The translations under genes were made by a program, and so were the position numbers. 34,816 bases of DNA, taken from sequence record DRR378314_1717; one strand, written 5' to 3'. The notes beneath the pieces are model-generated. The model saw only the letters and a program-made list of their open reading frames with translations, was not told the DNA's origin and did no database searches. Positions 1-9,888 of the stretch are shown in pieces; positions within the stretch are counted from its first letter, which is position 1, and every line of letters starts with the position of its first letter.

Positions 1-11
1 CTCTGTTGTTC

Positions 12-40
12 TTGCCAGCGGGTCCCTTTTAACGCATGAT
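12..40 (+). promoter_or_regulatory. putative sigma70 promoter of the replication initiator gene
   Basis: TTGCCA (12-17), a 17-bp spacer, then CATGAT (35-40). A small hairpin CGAAG-AAAA-CTTCG (51-64) follows in the leader. Confidence 0.5.
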
Positions 41-75
41 AGGTCAAGATCGAAGAAAACTTCGGCGGGCAGGGC

Positions 76-1263
76 ATGAGCAGGCAAAATAAGATGGATG
101 ATATTCCGAAAGAGCGGCTGACCGGTGCTTTGCGCCGTGGGTCAGTCAAAAAGCATGTTGCGGCGATTCATGTTTCAGGCAAACTGACGCTCTTGCAGCG
201 CAAGTTGAGCAATGTGTTATTGCTGAACGCTTATGACACGCTGACCACAGGTCAGGTGCATATGATCGACGCCCGCACCCTATGTCTGATGATTGGATAT
301 AATTCCAACGACATGGATACCCTGAAAGCCAGTCTGCGCGGGCTGGCCGAGACAGTTGCCGAATGGGATATGCTTGACGATCAGGGGCAGCAGGAATGGG
401 GGGTGTCCAGCTTGCTGAGCTATGCGCGGTTGAAAGGCGGTGTTTGCGAATATGCCTATTCGCCTGCGCTGGCTGCGAAATTGAACGATCCGGCAGTGTT
501 TGCGCTGATCAACCTGAACATTCAGCGCCGATTTACCTCTGGCCACGCACTTGCACTGTATGAAAATTGCTACCGGTTCATTCGTACCGGCAGCACAGGC
601 TGGTGGTCTCTGGATTTGTTCCGCCGTCTGATGGGTGTTGAGGACAGCGAATATTACGCCATCTACAAACATCTGAATGCCAAGATCATCAAAACGGCGG
701 TAGCCGAAGTGAACAAGACGTCGAATATTGTCGTAACACCAGAGATCCGAAAACGGGGCAGGGCGGTCACCGATATTCGTTTCAAGATCCGAGAAAATCC
801 ACAACTGGCGATTCTGGATCTGGATGACGGTACCGGTGTGCGCAGGTCCGATGTTTATAGCCGCTTGCAGGGGCTGGGTGTCAGTGACCGTCTGGCACGC
901 CAGTGGATCGCACAACATGGCGAAGAACATGTCGCCGAAAAAATCGCCTATGTGAACCAGCAGCGCAACGTGAAGAACCCGGTCGGATATCTTTCTGCGG
1001 CGCTAAGGGACGGTTTCACGGCTGAGGCAAAACCACCCGCTGTGTCGACATCACGCGCCAAAGATCTGGAGCGGATTCGGGATCTTGTGGCCTCTCGCAC
1101 ACCGACCCAACGTGATGCGGATCGGCGATTGTTCATGTCCCAGATTGAATCACCAGATGCTCGTGCCGATTTTGAGCGCCACGGCTGGATGTCCGCGCTG
1201 AATACAGTCTCTATCAAGGCATTTTGGCAAGAAATAGTGCCCGATGATTTCGAAAGCCCCTGA
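76..1263 (+). CDS. repB: plasmid replication initiator protein, Rep_3 family (RepB-type of Rhodobacterales)
   Basis: 395 aa with tandem winged-helix Rep_3-like segments (KLTLLQRKLSNVLLLNA; FTSGHALALYE...SLDLFRRLMGV...YKHLNAKIIKTAVAEVN...KRGRAVTDIRF) and a C-terminal KNPVGYL motif. Alternative start at 94. Confidence 0.85.
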   Translation: MSRQNKMDDIPKERLTGALRRGSVKKHVAAIHVSGKLTLLQRKLSNVLLLNAYDTLTTGQVHMIDARTLCLMIGYNSNDMDTLKASLRGLAETVAEWDMLDDQGQQEWGVSSLLSYARLKGGVCEYAYSPALAAKLNDPAVFALINLNIQRRFTSGHALALYENCYRFIRTGSTGWWSLDLFRRLMGVEDSEYYAIYKHLNAKIIKTAVAEVNKTSNIVVTPEIRKRGRAVTDIRFKIRENPQLAILDLDDGTGVRRSDVYSRLQGLGVSDRLARQWIAQHGEEHVAEKIAYVNQQRNVKNPVGYLSAALRDGFTAEAKPPAVSTSRAKDLERIRDLVASRTPTQRDADRRLFMSQIESPDARADFERHGWMSALNTVSIKAFWQEIVPDDFESP

Positions 1264-1292
1264 CGGCGTTTGTTCCGCAGGTCAGGGTGCGA

Positions 1293-1763
1293 TCAGTCCT
1301 TGAACACCGCGAGACCAAGCCATTCGGTCACCACCGCCGGGGTTTTCTCGCCTTCAATCTCTATCGTCAGGAGATTGGTGCGCAGCAGGTCGGTCGCGCT
1401 GCGGGCCTTGACTTCCTTCAGGGTGAACCGACCCCGCAACCGGCTACCCGCACGAACCGGCATCAGGAATCGGGTTTTGTTCATCCCATAGTTGATGCCC
1501 ATCACCTGCCCGGGCAACATGGCGAAACAGTCATAGGCGAAGCGGCTGGCCAGCGACAATGTCAGGAATCCATGTGCGATTGTGCCGCCAAAAGGTGTCT
1601 CTGACGCGGCTCTTTCTGGGTCTGTGTGAATCCACTGTGTGTCCTGCGTGGTTTCGGCAAACTGATCAATCATCGGCTGATCTACGGTGATCCAATTGGA
1701 AACACCAACTTCAGTGCCGATGTTTTTCTCGGCATCGGCGAGGGCGGTTTGGAGGGAGGACAT
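1293..1763 (-). CDS. MaoC-family (R)-specific enoyl-CoA hydratase/dehydratase (NodN-like)
   Basis: Hydratase-2 motif FAETTQDTQWIHTDPERA...IAHGFLTLSL. Start placed at ATG 1763 (MSSLQ...) behind an AGGAGA RBS; the track's longer N-terminus overlaps the upstream gene. Confidence 0.9.
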   Translation of the reverse strand: MSSLQTALADAEKNIGTEVGVSNWITVDQPMIDQFAETTQDTQWIHTDPERAASETPFGGTIAHGFLTLSLASRFAYDCFAMLPGQVMGINYGMNKTRFLMPVRAGSRLRGRFTLKEVKARSATDLLRTNLLTIEIEGEKTPAVVTEWLGLAVFKD

Positions 1764-1774
1764 GGGTGGTCTCC

Positions 1775-2779
1775 TTATGAAGGGTCTGCGGCAACGCGCA
1801 CCATACGCTTGCCCTTGTTTTCGCCGGCCAGCAGACCGACCAAGGCTTGGGGTGCGTTTTCCAACCCGTCTACGATGTCTTCGGTCACCTTGATCTGGCC
1901 AGTGCTGATCCAGTGCTGCATGGCGCGAATACATTTTGCGTCATTGTGGGCGAAATCCATCACAATGAACCCTTCCATCTTCAGCCGTTTCACTACGATC
2001 ACACCGGGCAGGTTGCGCGGCCCGGCTGGCGCATCGGTGTCATATTGGCTGATTGCCCCGCAACAGACGACGCGCCCTTTCTCATTCATGAAGTTTAAGG
2101 ATGACTCGAGAATTTTACCTCCTACATTGTCGAAATAGACATCAACACCATTGGGGCAGGTCGCGGCCAGTTTCTTACTTAACCCCGCCTCGCGATAGTC
2201 GATGCAGGCATCAAAACCCAATTCACGCTCGACCCACTTACATTTTTCTTGCCCGCCTGCGATGCCAACAACCCGGCAGCCAAGCGCTTTGGCAATCTGC
2301 CCCACGTAACCGCCCACCGATCCCGCTGCCGCGGAAACCAGAACAGTTTCGCCAGCAACGGGATTTCCGACCGATAGCAGACCGTGATAGGCGGTTTTTC
2401 CAGCAATGCCATAAACAGACATCAGGTGGGAAAGCGTCTCTACCTTGGGCAGTTTCTGCACCTTATGGCCGGGAGCAGTGACGTAATCAGACCAAGTCGC
2501 TTCGGCGGCGACAATGTCGCCAACGGCAATCCTTGGGCTATTGGAGTCCATGACCTCGCAAATGGCATAGGTCGGCATCGCATCCCCGGCCTGAACGGCC
2601 GCGCGATAGGTTGCCCCCTTCATCCAGGACCGATTGGCGGCGTCAATTGACATCAGTATCACCCGCAACAGAACTTCGCCCTCCTCGGCAATGGGCATTT
2701 CAGTCTCTGACAAGGCGAAATGGCTTTCTGTCAGGGCATCAGTGGGCAATTCGGTGATCGTGATCTGGCGGTTTTGCAT
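1775..2779 (-). CDS. NADP-dependent oxidoreductase, MDR family (PTGR/CurA-like alkenal/alkenone reductase)
   Basis: 334 aa; GETVLVSAAAGSVG, GVDVYFDNVGG, CGAISQY and GENKGK motifs. Confidence 0.9.
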   Translation of the reverse strand: MQNRQITITELPTDALTESHFALSETEMPIAEEGEVLLRVILMSIDAANRSWMKGATYRAAVQAGDAMPTYAICEVMDSNSPRIAVGDIVAAEATWSDYVTAPGHKVQKLPKVETLSHLMSVYGIAGKTAYHGLLSVGNPVAGETVLVSAAAGSVGGYVGQIAKALGCRVVGIAGGQEKCKWVERELGFDACIDYREAGLSKKLAATCPNGVDVYFDNVGGKILESSLNFMNEKGRVVCCGAISQYDTDAPAGPRNLPGVIVVKRLKMEGFIVMDFAHNDAKCIRAMQHWISTGQIKVTEDIVDGLENAPQALVGLLAGENKGKRMVRVAADPS

Positions 2780-2819
2780 GGGATATGTCCTATTGGATTG
2801 AAACAGAGGAAGGTCTGAT

Positions 2820-3476
2820 ATGAACGAGGCACGGCAGCACAGGTTTAAACCGGCGAAAGGTGCGGCGGATTTGCTGCTGATCCGGCATGGCGAAACCCAA
2901 GCAGCGGTCCGTGGTAAGAGTTTTCCGATGATCGAAGGGCAGGGCGATCCGGCATTGCGCCCCGAGGGGGAAGCGCAGGCGATTGCCGTTGCGGAACGGC
3001 TGAAAACCGAGTCTATCTCGGCGATTTACGTCACGACCATGCAGCGCACGCATCAGACGGCGGCACCTTTGGCGCGGCATCTGGGATTGGTGCCCAAGGT
3101 TGAGCGCGACCTGCGCGAGGTGTTTCTGGGGGATTGGGACGGCGGTGAATTCCGGTTTCGCGCTGCCGAAAATGATCCGGCGATCCTGCGGGCGCGCGCC
3201 CAACAGGAATGGGGTGAATTGCCCGGTGCGGAAACCACGGCGCAGTTGCAGACGCGGGTGCGGGCCGGATTGCTGCGGATCGCACAGGCGCATCCTGACG
3301 AGCTGGTTGCGGTTGTTGTGCATGGTGGTGTGATTGCCGCCGCTTTGGCCATCGCCACGGGCTCGCCCGCCTTTGCCTTTAACGGTGCGGACAACGGATC
3401 GATCAGCCGTCTGGTGATCCGGGACGGGGAAATGACCCTGCGAGGATTTAATGATGTCTGGCATTTGCGGACCTAG
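2820..3476 (+). CDS. histidine phosphatase (phosphoglycerate-mutase superfamily)
   Basis: LIRHGET, RTHQTA, LREV and VVHGGVI motifs; GAGGAAGG RBS. Confidence 0.9.
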   Translation: MNEARQHRFKPAKGAADLLLIRHGETQAAVRGKSFPMIEGQGDPALRPEGEAQAIAVAERLKTESISAIYVTTMQRTHQTAAPLARHLGLVPKVERDLREVFLGDWDGGEFRFRAAENDPAILRARAQQEWGELPGAETTAQLQTRVRAGLLRIAQAHPDELVAVVVHGGVIAAALAIATGSPAFAFNGADNGSISRLVIRDGEMTLRGFNDVWHLRT

Positions 3477-3484
3477 ACCCATGG

Positions 3485-4486
3485 TTAATCCATCGTGACC
3501 ACCACCTTGCCCAGTACCTTTCGATCTGACAGCAGTTTCAACGCATCACCCGCCTGCGACAGCGGGTAGCTGGCAGAGATGCGGGGCCTGATTTTACCCT
3601 CGCTGTAAAGACGGAACAGATCCCCCATATTTTCATGGTGGTTCTTGGGTTCACGGGCGGTATGGGCCCCCCAGAAGACACCGACAATCTGGCATCCTTT
3701 CAGCAATGTCAGGTTGAGTGGGATTTTGGGAATGCCAGCCGGGAACCCGACAACTAAGTAGCGGCCTTTCCACGCAAGGGCACGCACCGCCGGTTCAGCG
3801 TAATCCCCGCCAACAGCGTCATAAACTACATCAACGCCGTCACCGCCCGCCAGTTTCTTGATCTCGTTCGAGAGCTCTTTCTGCGTGGCGCGGTCCGACA
3901 TATCGCGGGCATAGATAATGGTCTCATCCGCCCCAAGGTCGCGGCAGAATTGCGCCTTTTCCTCAGAAGAAACGGCTGCAATCACACGTGCCCCTGCGGC
4001 TTTGGCCAGTTCGATGGCGGCAACGCCAACGCCCCCTGCGGCACCCAGAACAAGCAGGGATTCTCCCTTTTGGATTTCGGCGCGATCCTTAAGTGCATGA
4101 TGCGAGGTGCCATAGGTGAGGACAAAACAGGATGCCTCATCATAGGGCATATTGTCAGGGATTTTGATTACGCGCGCAGCCTCGGCCACCAGATGTGTTG
4201 CAAAGCCGCCAAAGCCGGTCATCGCCAGAACACGATCACCAATCGCCAGATTAGAGACACCTTCACCCAGGGCCTCAACCTCGCCTGCGATCTCTCCACC
4301 GGGGGCGAAAGGGCGGGCTGGTTTCATCTGATACAAATCGCGAATGATTAAGGTATCGGGGAAGTTCACGCCCGCCGCATGAACCTTGATGCGCACCTGA
4401 TTTTTACCCGGTTCGGGTTTGGCCATGTCTTCCAGTACCAAGGTTTCCGGCCCGCCGACTTCTTTGCTTAGCATCGCTTTCATCAT
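3485..4486 (-). CDS. NADPH:quinone oxidoreductase family protein (MDR, zeta-crystallin-like)
   Basis: AAGVNFPD, LVLGAAGGVG, DVVYDAVGG and GKVVV motifs; 333 aa. Confidence 0.9.
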   Translation of the reverse strand: MMKAMLSKEVGGPETLVLEDMAKPEPGKNQVRIKVHAAGVNFPDTLIIRDLYQMKPARPFAPGGEIAGEVEALGEGVSNLAIGDRVLAMTGFGGFATHLVAEAARVIKIPDNMPYDEASCFVLTYGTSHHALKDRAEIQKGESLLVLGAAGGVGVAAIELAKAAGARVIAAVSSEEKAQFCRDLGADETIIYARDMSDRATQKELSNEIKKLAGGDGVDVVYDAVGGDYAEPAVRALAWKGRYLVVGFPAGIPKIPLNLTLLKGCQIVGVFWGAHTAREPKNHHENMGDLFRLYSEGKIRPRISASYPLSQAGDALKLLSDRKVLGKVVVTMD

Positions 4487-4557
4487 CTTTTCCCCCCAGT
4501 GGCTTTGCGTGAAAGTGGGACGTGGCGTCGTGACTTGTCAATCGCAATTCGGGCCGT

Positions 4558-4576
4558 CATTCTGCACAGCGGAATG
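4558..4576. promoter_or_regulatory. palindromic operator candidate (copy 1) in a divergent promoter region
   Basis: CATTCTGC-ACA-GCGGAATG with 7/8 symmetry; related copies at 13442 and 31772. Confidence 0.6.
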
Positions 4577-4620
4577 GATGTCCGCAAATTGACGTGACGT
4601 CTTTAGGGAGGAATTTGAGA

Positions 4621-5787
4621 ATGACCGTGAACCCGACAGATGAATTCCGCGCCGAGCTGCGCAGCTGGCTGGAGGAGAACTGTCCACCAGAAATGCGTGA
4701 TGGTGCAATGACCGAGGACGGTATTTGCTGGGGGGGTAAAAACTGGGTTTTCACTTCTGATGCGCAAAAGCTCTGGCTCGATCGCTGTGCGGCGAAAGGC
4801 TATACCGTGCCGACCTGGCCTGTTGACTATGGTGGGGCCGGTTTGACGCGGGAGCAGGAGAAGATTTTCCACGAGGAAATGGCTGCGATCAATGCGCGGA
4901 TTCCCTTGCAGAGCTTTGGCATCTGGATGTTGGGGCCGGCCTTGCTGCACTTTGGATCACATGAACAAAAGCTGCATTATCTGCCACCGATTGCGCGGGG
5001 CGAAATTCGCTGGTGTCAGGGCTATTCGGAACCGGGGGCGGGCTCTGATCTGGCAAATGTCCAGACCAGAGGCGAAGATAAGGGGGATTACTGGCTAATC
5101 AACGGGCAGAAAATCTGGACCTCTTATGCGGATCAGGCAGATTGGATTTTTGCCCTTGTCAGAACGGATAAGGACGCTCCCAAACACAAGGGAATTTCAT
5201 TCCTGCTCTGTGATATGGAACAAGCTGGCGTCGAAACCCGACCCATCAAGATGATTTCGGGGATCTCGCCGTTTTGCGAGACGTTTTTTACCGATGCAAA
5301 AATTCCCAAGGAACAGATTGTCGGAACAGAGAACCGCGGCTGGGATGTTGCGAAATACCTGCTGACCCACGAGCGCGAGATGATTTCAGGCGGGGGTGCG
5401 GGTCTGTCCGGCGGTGGGCGTGCCCTGGGCGCGGTGATCGCTGATACGATGGACGAAATGGATGCCACCCTTCGTGCGGATGCGATGCGTTGCGAGGTTG
5501 ACGCGCTGGCGATTGGCCTCACGCTGGAACGTTACAAAGATCAGTCCGAGGCGGGGCAGGGCGCGGGGGATGCATCTGCGATGTTGAAATACATGGGCAC
5601 CGAATTGAACAAACAGCGGCATGAATTGATGATGTCTGCCGGTGGGTCGGACGCGCTTGAGTGGGACGGGCCACTTGGCAACCGCGCGGGCGACTGGCTG
5701 CGCACCAAGGCGAATTCTATTGAAGGCGGCACAAGTGAGGTGATGTTGTCGATTGTATCACGACGGGTATTGGGGTTGCCGGCATGA
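4621..5787 (+). CDS. acyl-CoA dehydrogenase, catalytic subunit of a probable heteromeric pair (PimC/FadE-like)
   Basis: WCQGYSEPGAGSDLA, NGQKIWTS, LTHERE and SIEGGTSEV motifs. ATG 4621 follows a GGGAGG RBS. Confidence 0.9.
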   Translation: MTVNPTDEFRAELRSWLEENCPPEMRDGAMTEDGICWGGKNWVFTSDAQKLWLDRCAAKGYTVPTWPVDYGGAGLTREQEKIFHEEMAAINARIPLQSFGIWMLGPALLHFGSHEQKLHYLPPIARGEIRWCQGYSEPGAGSDLANVQTRGEDKGDYWLINGQKIWTSYADQADWIFALVRTDKDAPKHKGISFLLCDMEQAGVETRPIKMISGISPFCETFFTDAKIPKEQIVGTENRGWDVAKYLLTHEREMISGGGAGLSGGGRALGAVIADTMDEMDATLRADAMRCEVDALAIGLTLERYKDQSEAGQGAGDASAMLKYMGTELNKQRHELMMSAGGSDALEWDGPLGNRAGDWLRTKANSIEGGTSEVMLSIVSRRVLGLPA

Positions 5788-6899
5788 AGAAACTTGTACT
5801 GACCGAAGAAGAGACGATGCTGGCCGATATGGCGCGCGGTTTTCTGGATGGCGCTGCCCCCGTGTCCAAGTTCCGCGAAATGCGTGATGCGGGCCAGACC
5901 TTTGACCGCGCTTTGTGGAAGGAAATGGCGGATATGGGCTGGGCCGGTGTGCTGGTCCCAGAGGATGCCGGTGGTTCCGATATGGGGTTTGCAGCGGCCA
6001 ACGTGATCGCGCAGGAAATGGGCAAGACCTTGGCGGTTTCGCCATTTCTGTCCAGCGCGGTGATTGCTGCGACAGCGTTGAAACAAGTCTCTGATGTGCG
6101 GGCCAGAGACGCATTGGCAAAGATTGCATCCGGTGATTTGACCTACGCGTTGGCTGTGGATGAGGGGATCAAGTTTGACCCTGAAGGCACGGAAATGGAA
6201 GCACGCTCAGACGGCAATGGTTTCCGGATGAACGGGAAGAAACAGTTCGTGGTAGATGGGGCGCTTGCCGATCGTCTGTTGGTGCTGGCCAGCACTGAAA
6301 ATGGGCTGACCTTGTTTGATATTCCAAGCGATCGTGCCGGAGTCGAGCGCAAGGCCAGCAATATGATCGATGCCCGGGATGCGGCGCGGATTACCTTTGA
6401 CGATGTTGAAGCAACGGGTGACGATGTGCTGGGTGCAGTGGATTGCGCGATGGATGTTTTGAAACCGGCGTTGCAGGCAGGACAAGCGGCCTTGGCCGCA
6501 GAAATGTCCGGCCTGTCTGCCGGGGCGTTTGGCATGACCGTTGAATATCTGAAGGAACGCAAACAATTCGGTGTGGAAATCGGTCGTTTTCAGGCGCTGC
6601 AACATCGCGCCGCGCATCTGTGGTGCGAGATCGAGGTGACAGCCTCTGCAGTTTTGAACGCGGGCCGGATGCTCGACAATGATCCGCAAAACGCAGAGCT
6701 TGCAGTGTCGCTGGCCAAGGCCCGTGCCACGGACACGGCAAAATTGGCCGTCATCGAAGGTGTGCAGATGCATGGTGGGATCGGTATGACGGATGCCTTT
6801 GATATGGGGTTTTATATGAAACGTGCCCGTGTGGGTGCAGAATGGCTGGGGGATTATTCCTATCACGCCGAAAAGGTCGCAGCAGCGAGAGGGTTTTAA
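5784..6899 (+). CDS. acyl-CoA dehydrogenase, partner subunit (PimD-like)
   Basis: YLKERKQFGVEIGRFQALQH and QMHGGIGMT motifs; degenerate N-terminal FAD motif (ALAVDE). ATGA overlap with the upstream ACAD. Confidence 0.88.
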   Translation: MKKLVLTEEETMLADMARGFLDGAAPVSKFREMRDAGQTFDRALWKEMADMGWAGVLVPEDAGGSDMGFAAANVIAQEMGKTLAVSPFLSSAVIAATALKQVSDVRARDALAKIASGDLTYALAVDEGIKFDPEGTEMEARSDGNGFRMNGKKQFVVDGALADRLLVLASTENGLTLFDIPSDRAGVERKASNMIDARDAARITFDDVEATGDDVLGAVDCAMDVLKPALQAGQAALAAEMSGLSAGAFGMTVEYLKERKQFGVEIGRFQALQHRAAHLWCEIEVTASAVLNAGRMLDNDPQNAELAVSLAKARATDTAKLAVIEGVQMHGGIGMTDAFDMGFYMKRARVGAEWLGDYSYHAEKVAAARGF

Positions 6900-6900
6900 G

Positions 6901-7722
6901 ATGGATATTCAATCACTGTTTGGATTGGAGGGCAAAGTGGCCTTGGTCACAGGGGGTGCCACCGGCATTGGCCGTATGGCCTGCGAGGCGCTGGTGCGTG
7001 CGGGGGCGACCGTGTTGATGGCAAGTCGCAAAGGCGATGCTTGCGAAGCGGTCGCGGCAGAGTTGAACGCATTGGGCGCATCCGGCAATGCGATTGGGTT
7101 TGGCGGCGATGTTGGCAGCGAGGCTGGCGTTGATGCGCTGGTCGCGGCGGTCCAGGAACGGACCGACAGGCTTGATATCCTGATGAACAACGCGGGCATC
7201 ACCTGGGGTGCGCCGCTGGGACAGTTCCCGCATCAGGCTTGGGAAAAGGTGATGAACGTCAATGTGGCGGGTATGTTTGATCTGACGCAAAAACTGTTAC
7301 CGATGCTGATCGCCGGGGCCAGCGTCGATGATCCGGCGCGGGTGATCAATGTCGGCTCTGTTATGGGTGAACGGGAAATGGGCGACGGGGCCTATTCCTA
7401 TTCCATGTCCAAAGCGGCGGTGCATCATATGACGCGTATTCTGGGCAAGGAACTGGCGGGCAAACATATCACTGTGAACGCACTGGCACCGGGGCCATTC
7501 GTGTCCAGAATGACGGCTTTTGCCACCCATGATGAAGGCACCCGTGAGAAAGTGGGCAAGGATGTGCCTATCGGGCGCGTCGGACGCGACGAGGATATCG
7601 CGGGCTGCATGTTGTTCCTCTGTGGGCGCGGTGGGGCTTATGTGACCGGGGCGATTGTGCCTGTTTCTGGTGGTATCAATGTGATGTCAGGGCCAAACAT
7701 CTTTGAACAGGCGCTGCACTGA
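6901..7722 (+). CDS. short-chain dehydrogenase/reductase (RhlG-like oxoacyl reductase)
   Basis: TGGATGIG, NNAG and YSMSK motifs; start ATG 6901 (MDIQSLF). Confidence 0.9.
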   Translation: MDIQSLFGLEGKVALVTGGATGIGRMACEALVRAGATVLMASRKGDACEAVAAELNALGASGNAIGFGGDVGSEAGVDALVAAVQERTDRLDILMNNAGITWGAPLGQFPHQAWEKVMNVNVAGMFDLTQKLLPMLIAGASVDDPARVINVGSVMGEREMGDGAYSYSMSKAAVHHMTRILGKELAGKHITVNALAPGPFVSRMTAFATHDEGTREKVGKDVPIGRVGRDEDIAGCMLFLCGRGGAYVTGAIVPVSGGINVMSGPNIFEQALH

Positions 7723-8648
7723 TGGCCGGTATTTCATTTGAAGGGCGGGTGGCCATTGTCACCGGTGCGGGCACAGGATTGGGGCGCAGCCATGCCTTGG
7801 GTCTGGCGCAGCGTGGTGCGAAGGTTGTTGTGAACGATCTGGGTGTGTCGCGAGATGGCACGGGTTCATCCTCCGAAGCGGCAGAGGCGGTTGTGGCAGA
7901 GATCAAGGCGATGGGTGGTGATGCCATGGCCCATGGCTGTGATGTGTCCGATGAGGCTGGCGTGAACGACATGGTGGCACAGGCGATGGACGCCTGGGGC
8001 CGTGTCGATATTGCGGTGAACAACGCGGGTATCCTGCGCGACAAGACATTCGCCAAGATGGGGATGGCCGATTTCCGCAAGGTGGTTGATGTGCATCTGA
8101 TCGGGTCGGCGAATGTGGCGCACGCCTGCTGGCCGATTATGCGGGAACAGAAATACGGGCGTATTGTTTTTACGGCCTCCGGTTCAGGGCTTTATGGCAA
8201 TTTTGGTCAATCCAACTATGGCGCGGCCAAGGCGGCGATGATGGGGTTGATGAATGTGCTGCATCTGGAAGGGGCGCGGGACAATATCCGCGTGAATACA
8301 CTTGCACCAACGGCGGCCACTCGAATGACCGAAGAGCTGTTGCCGCCCGAAGCTGCAGCGCTGCTTGCGCCCGAAACGATCACGCCGGGGTTGCTTTATC
8401 TGGTGAGTGAAGACGCTCCAAGCCGGTTTATCATGGGTGCGGGGGCGGGAAGTTTTGCCCAGACCCGTGTGTACGAAACTCAGGGCATCACGCTGCTGGA
8501 TGGCGATAACACGCCCGAGGCGATTGCGGCCCGTTTTGCCGATTTGAACGATCCCGAAGGTCAGGAAGACATGCAAGACGCGTTCAGCCAGACCAAGAAA
8601 TATGCACTCAATGCAGCTAATGCCCGTGGCCTCAAGCTGGATTGGTAA
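7722..8648 (+). CDS. SDR of the MFE-2/HSD17B4-type (3R)-hydroxyacyl-CoA dehydrogenase group
   Basis: TGAGTGLG, VVVNDLG, NNAGILRD and GLYGNFGQSNYGAAK motifs. TGATG overlap with the previous gene. Confidence 0.88.
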   Translation: MAGISFEGRVAIVTGAGTGLGRSHALGLAQRGAKVVVNDLGVSRDGTGSSSEAAEAVVAEIKAMGGDAMAHGCDVSDEAGVNDMVAQAMDAWGRVDIAVNNAGILRDKTFAKMGMADFRKVVDVHLIGSANVAHACWPIMREQKYGRIVFTASGSGLYGNFGQSNYGAAKAAMMGLMNVLHLEGARDNIRVNTLAPTAATRMTEELLPPEAAALLAPETITPGLLYLVSEDAPSRFIMGAGAGSFAQTRVYETQGITLLDGDNTPEAIAARFADLNDPEGQEDMQDAFSQTKKYALNAANARGLKLDW

Positions 8649-8669
8649 ACGGATTTAAGGAGAAAACAC

Positions 8670-9866
8670 ATGCGTGACGCAGTCATCGTTTCCACAGCAC
8701 GAACCCCCATCGGCAAGGCCTACCGGGGCGCTTTCAACAACACCACGCCACAGGAACTGGCAGGCCATGCAATTGCCCATGCCGTCAAGCGCGCGGGCGT
8801 TGATCCGAGCGCAGTACAGGATGTGATCCTTGGCGCGGCACTGCAACAGGGACATTCGGCAGGCAATATTGCGCGCCAAGCCGCGGTGCGCGCGGGCCTG
8901 CCAGTCAGCGTTGCGGGCATGTCACTGGACCGTCAATGTGCATCCGGCATGATGGCCATTGCCACAGCGGCCAAGCAGGTTGTGATGGACGGTATGGATG
9001 TTGTTGTTGGTGGCGGTGTTGAATCGATTTCGATGGTACAGACGCCTGAGATGCGTGTGAAGGCTGACAAATGGCTGATGGAGCACAAGCCCGAGATCTA
9101 CATGTCGATGCTGGAAACAGCTGAAACTGTGGCCGAGCGTTATAACGTCAGCCGCGAGCGGCAGGATGAATATGCGGCCCGCTCGCAAGAGTTGACCCAT
9201 CTGGCACAGGAAGCGGGCAAGTTTGATGATGAGATTGTACCGCTGACATCAACCATGTTGATGCAGGACCGCGAGACCAAGGAAATTTCTTCCCATGAGG
9301 TGACGCTGGAGAAGGACGAGGGCAACCGTCCCGGCACCTCCGCTGAAAATCTGGCCGGGCTGAAGCCGGTGCATCAGGATGGTATCCACATCAAGGAAGG
9401 TAAATTCATTACCGCTGGTAATGCCTCGCAACTGTCAGACGGTGCATCGGCCAGTGTTGTGATGGAAGCCAAGGCTGCCGAAAAAGCGGGGCTTGCGCCG
9501 CTGGGCCGCTACGTCGGCGTGATGGCCGCAGGGTGCGAGCCGGACGAGATGGGCATTGGCCCGATCCATGCTGTGCCACCTTTGCTTAAGGCACATGGGT
9601 TGACGATGGATGATATTGGCCTGTGGGAGCTGAACGAAGCCTTCGCTGTTCAGGTGATCCAGTCGCGTGATGTGCTGGGCATCCCCGACGAATTGCTGAA
9701 CGTCAACGGTGGTGCGATTTCCATCGGTCACCCTTATGGCATGTCCGGCGCGCGGATGGTGGGCCACGCCTTGATCGAAGGCAAACGCCGTGGCGCAAAA
9801 TATGTCGTCTGCACCATGTGTGTAGGCGGCGGCATGGGCGCGGCTGGGCTTTTCGAGGTTTTGTAA
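8670..9866 (+). CDS. acetyl-CoA C-acyltransferase (3-ketoacyl-CoA thiolase, PimB-like)
   Basis: Catalytic motifs DRQCASG, NEAF, GHPYG and CVGGGMG; N-terminus [26 protein letters not shown]. Confidence 0.93.
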   Translation: MRDAVIVSTARTPIGKAYRGAFNNTTPQELAGHAIAHAVKRAGVDPSAVQDVILGAALQQGHSAGNIARQAAVRAGLPVSVAGMSLDRQCASGMMAIATAAKQVVMDGMDVVVGGGVESISMVQTPEMRVKADKWLMEHKPEIYMSMLETAETVAERYNVSRERQDEYAARSQELTHLAQEAGKFDDEIVPLTSTMLMQDRETKEISSHEVTLEKDEGNRPGTSAENLAGLKPVHQDGIHIKEGKFITAGNASQLSDGASASVVMEAKAAEKAGLAPLGRYVGVMAAGCEPDEMGIGPIHAVPPLLKAHGLTMDDIGLWELNEAFAVQVIQSRDVLGIPDELLNVNGGAISIGHPYGMSGARMVGHALIEGKRRGAKYVVCTMCVGGGMGAAGLFEVL

Positions 9867-9888
9867 GACGTGCAATTTGCGAATAAAC

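Noticed and set aside
2790-3482. 230-aa minus-strand ORF that would make 1293-4486 a uniform minus-strand operon
   Set aside because: The product is Arg/Gln-rich with no motifs, while the plus-strand frame has a complete histidine-phosphatase signature and an RBS.
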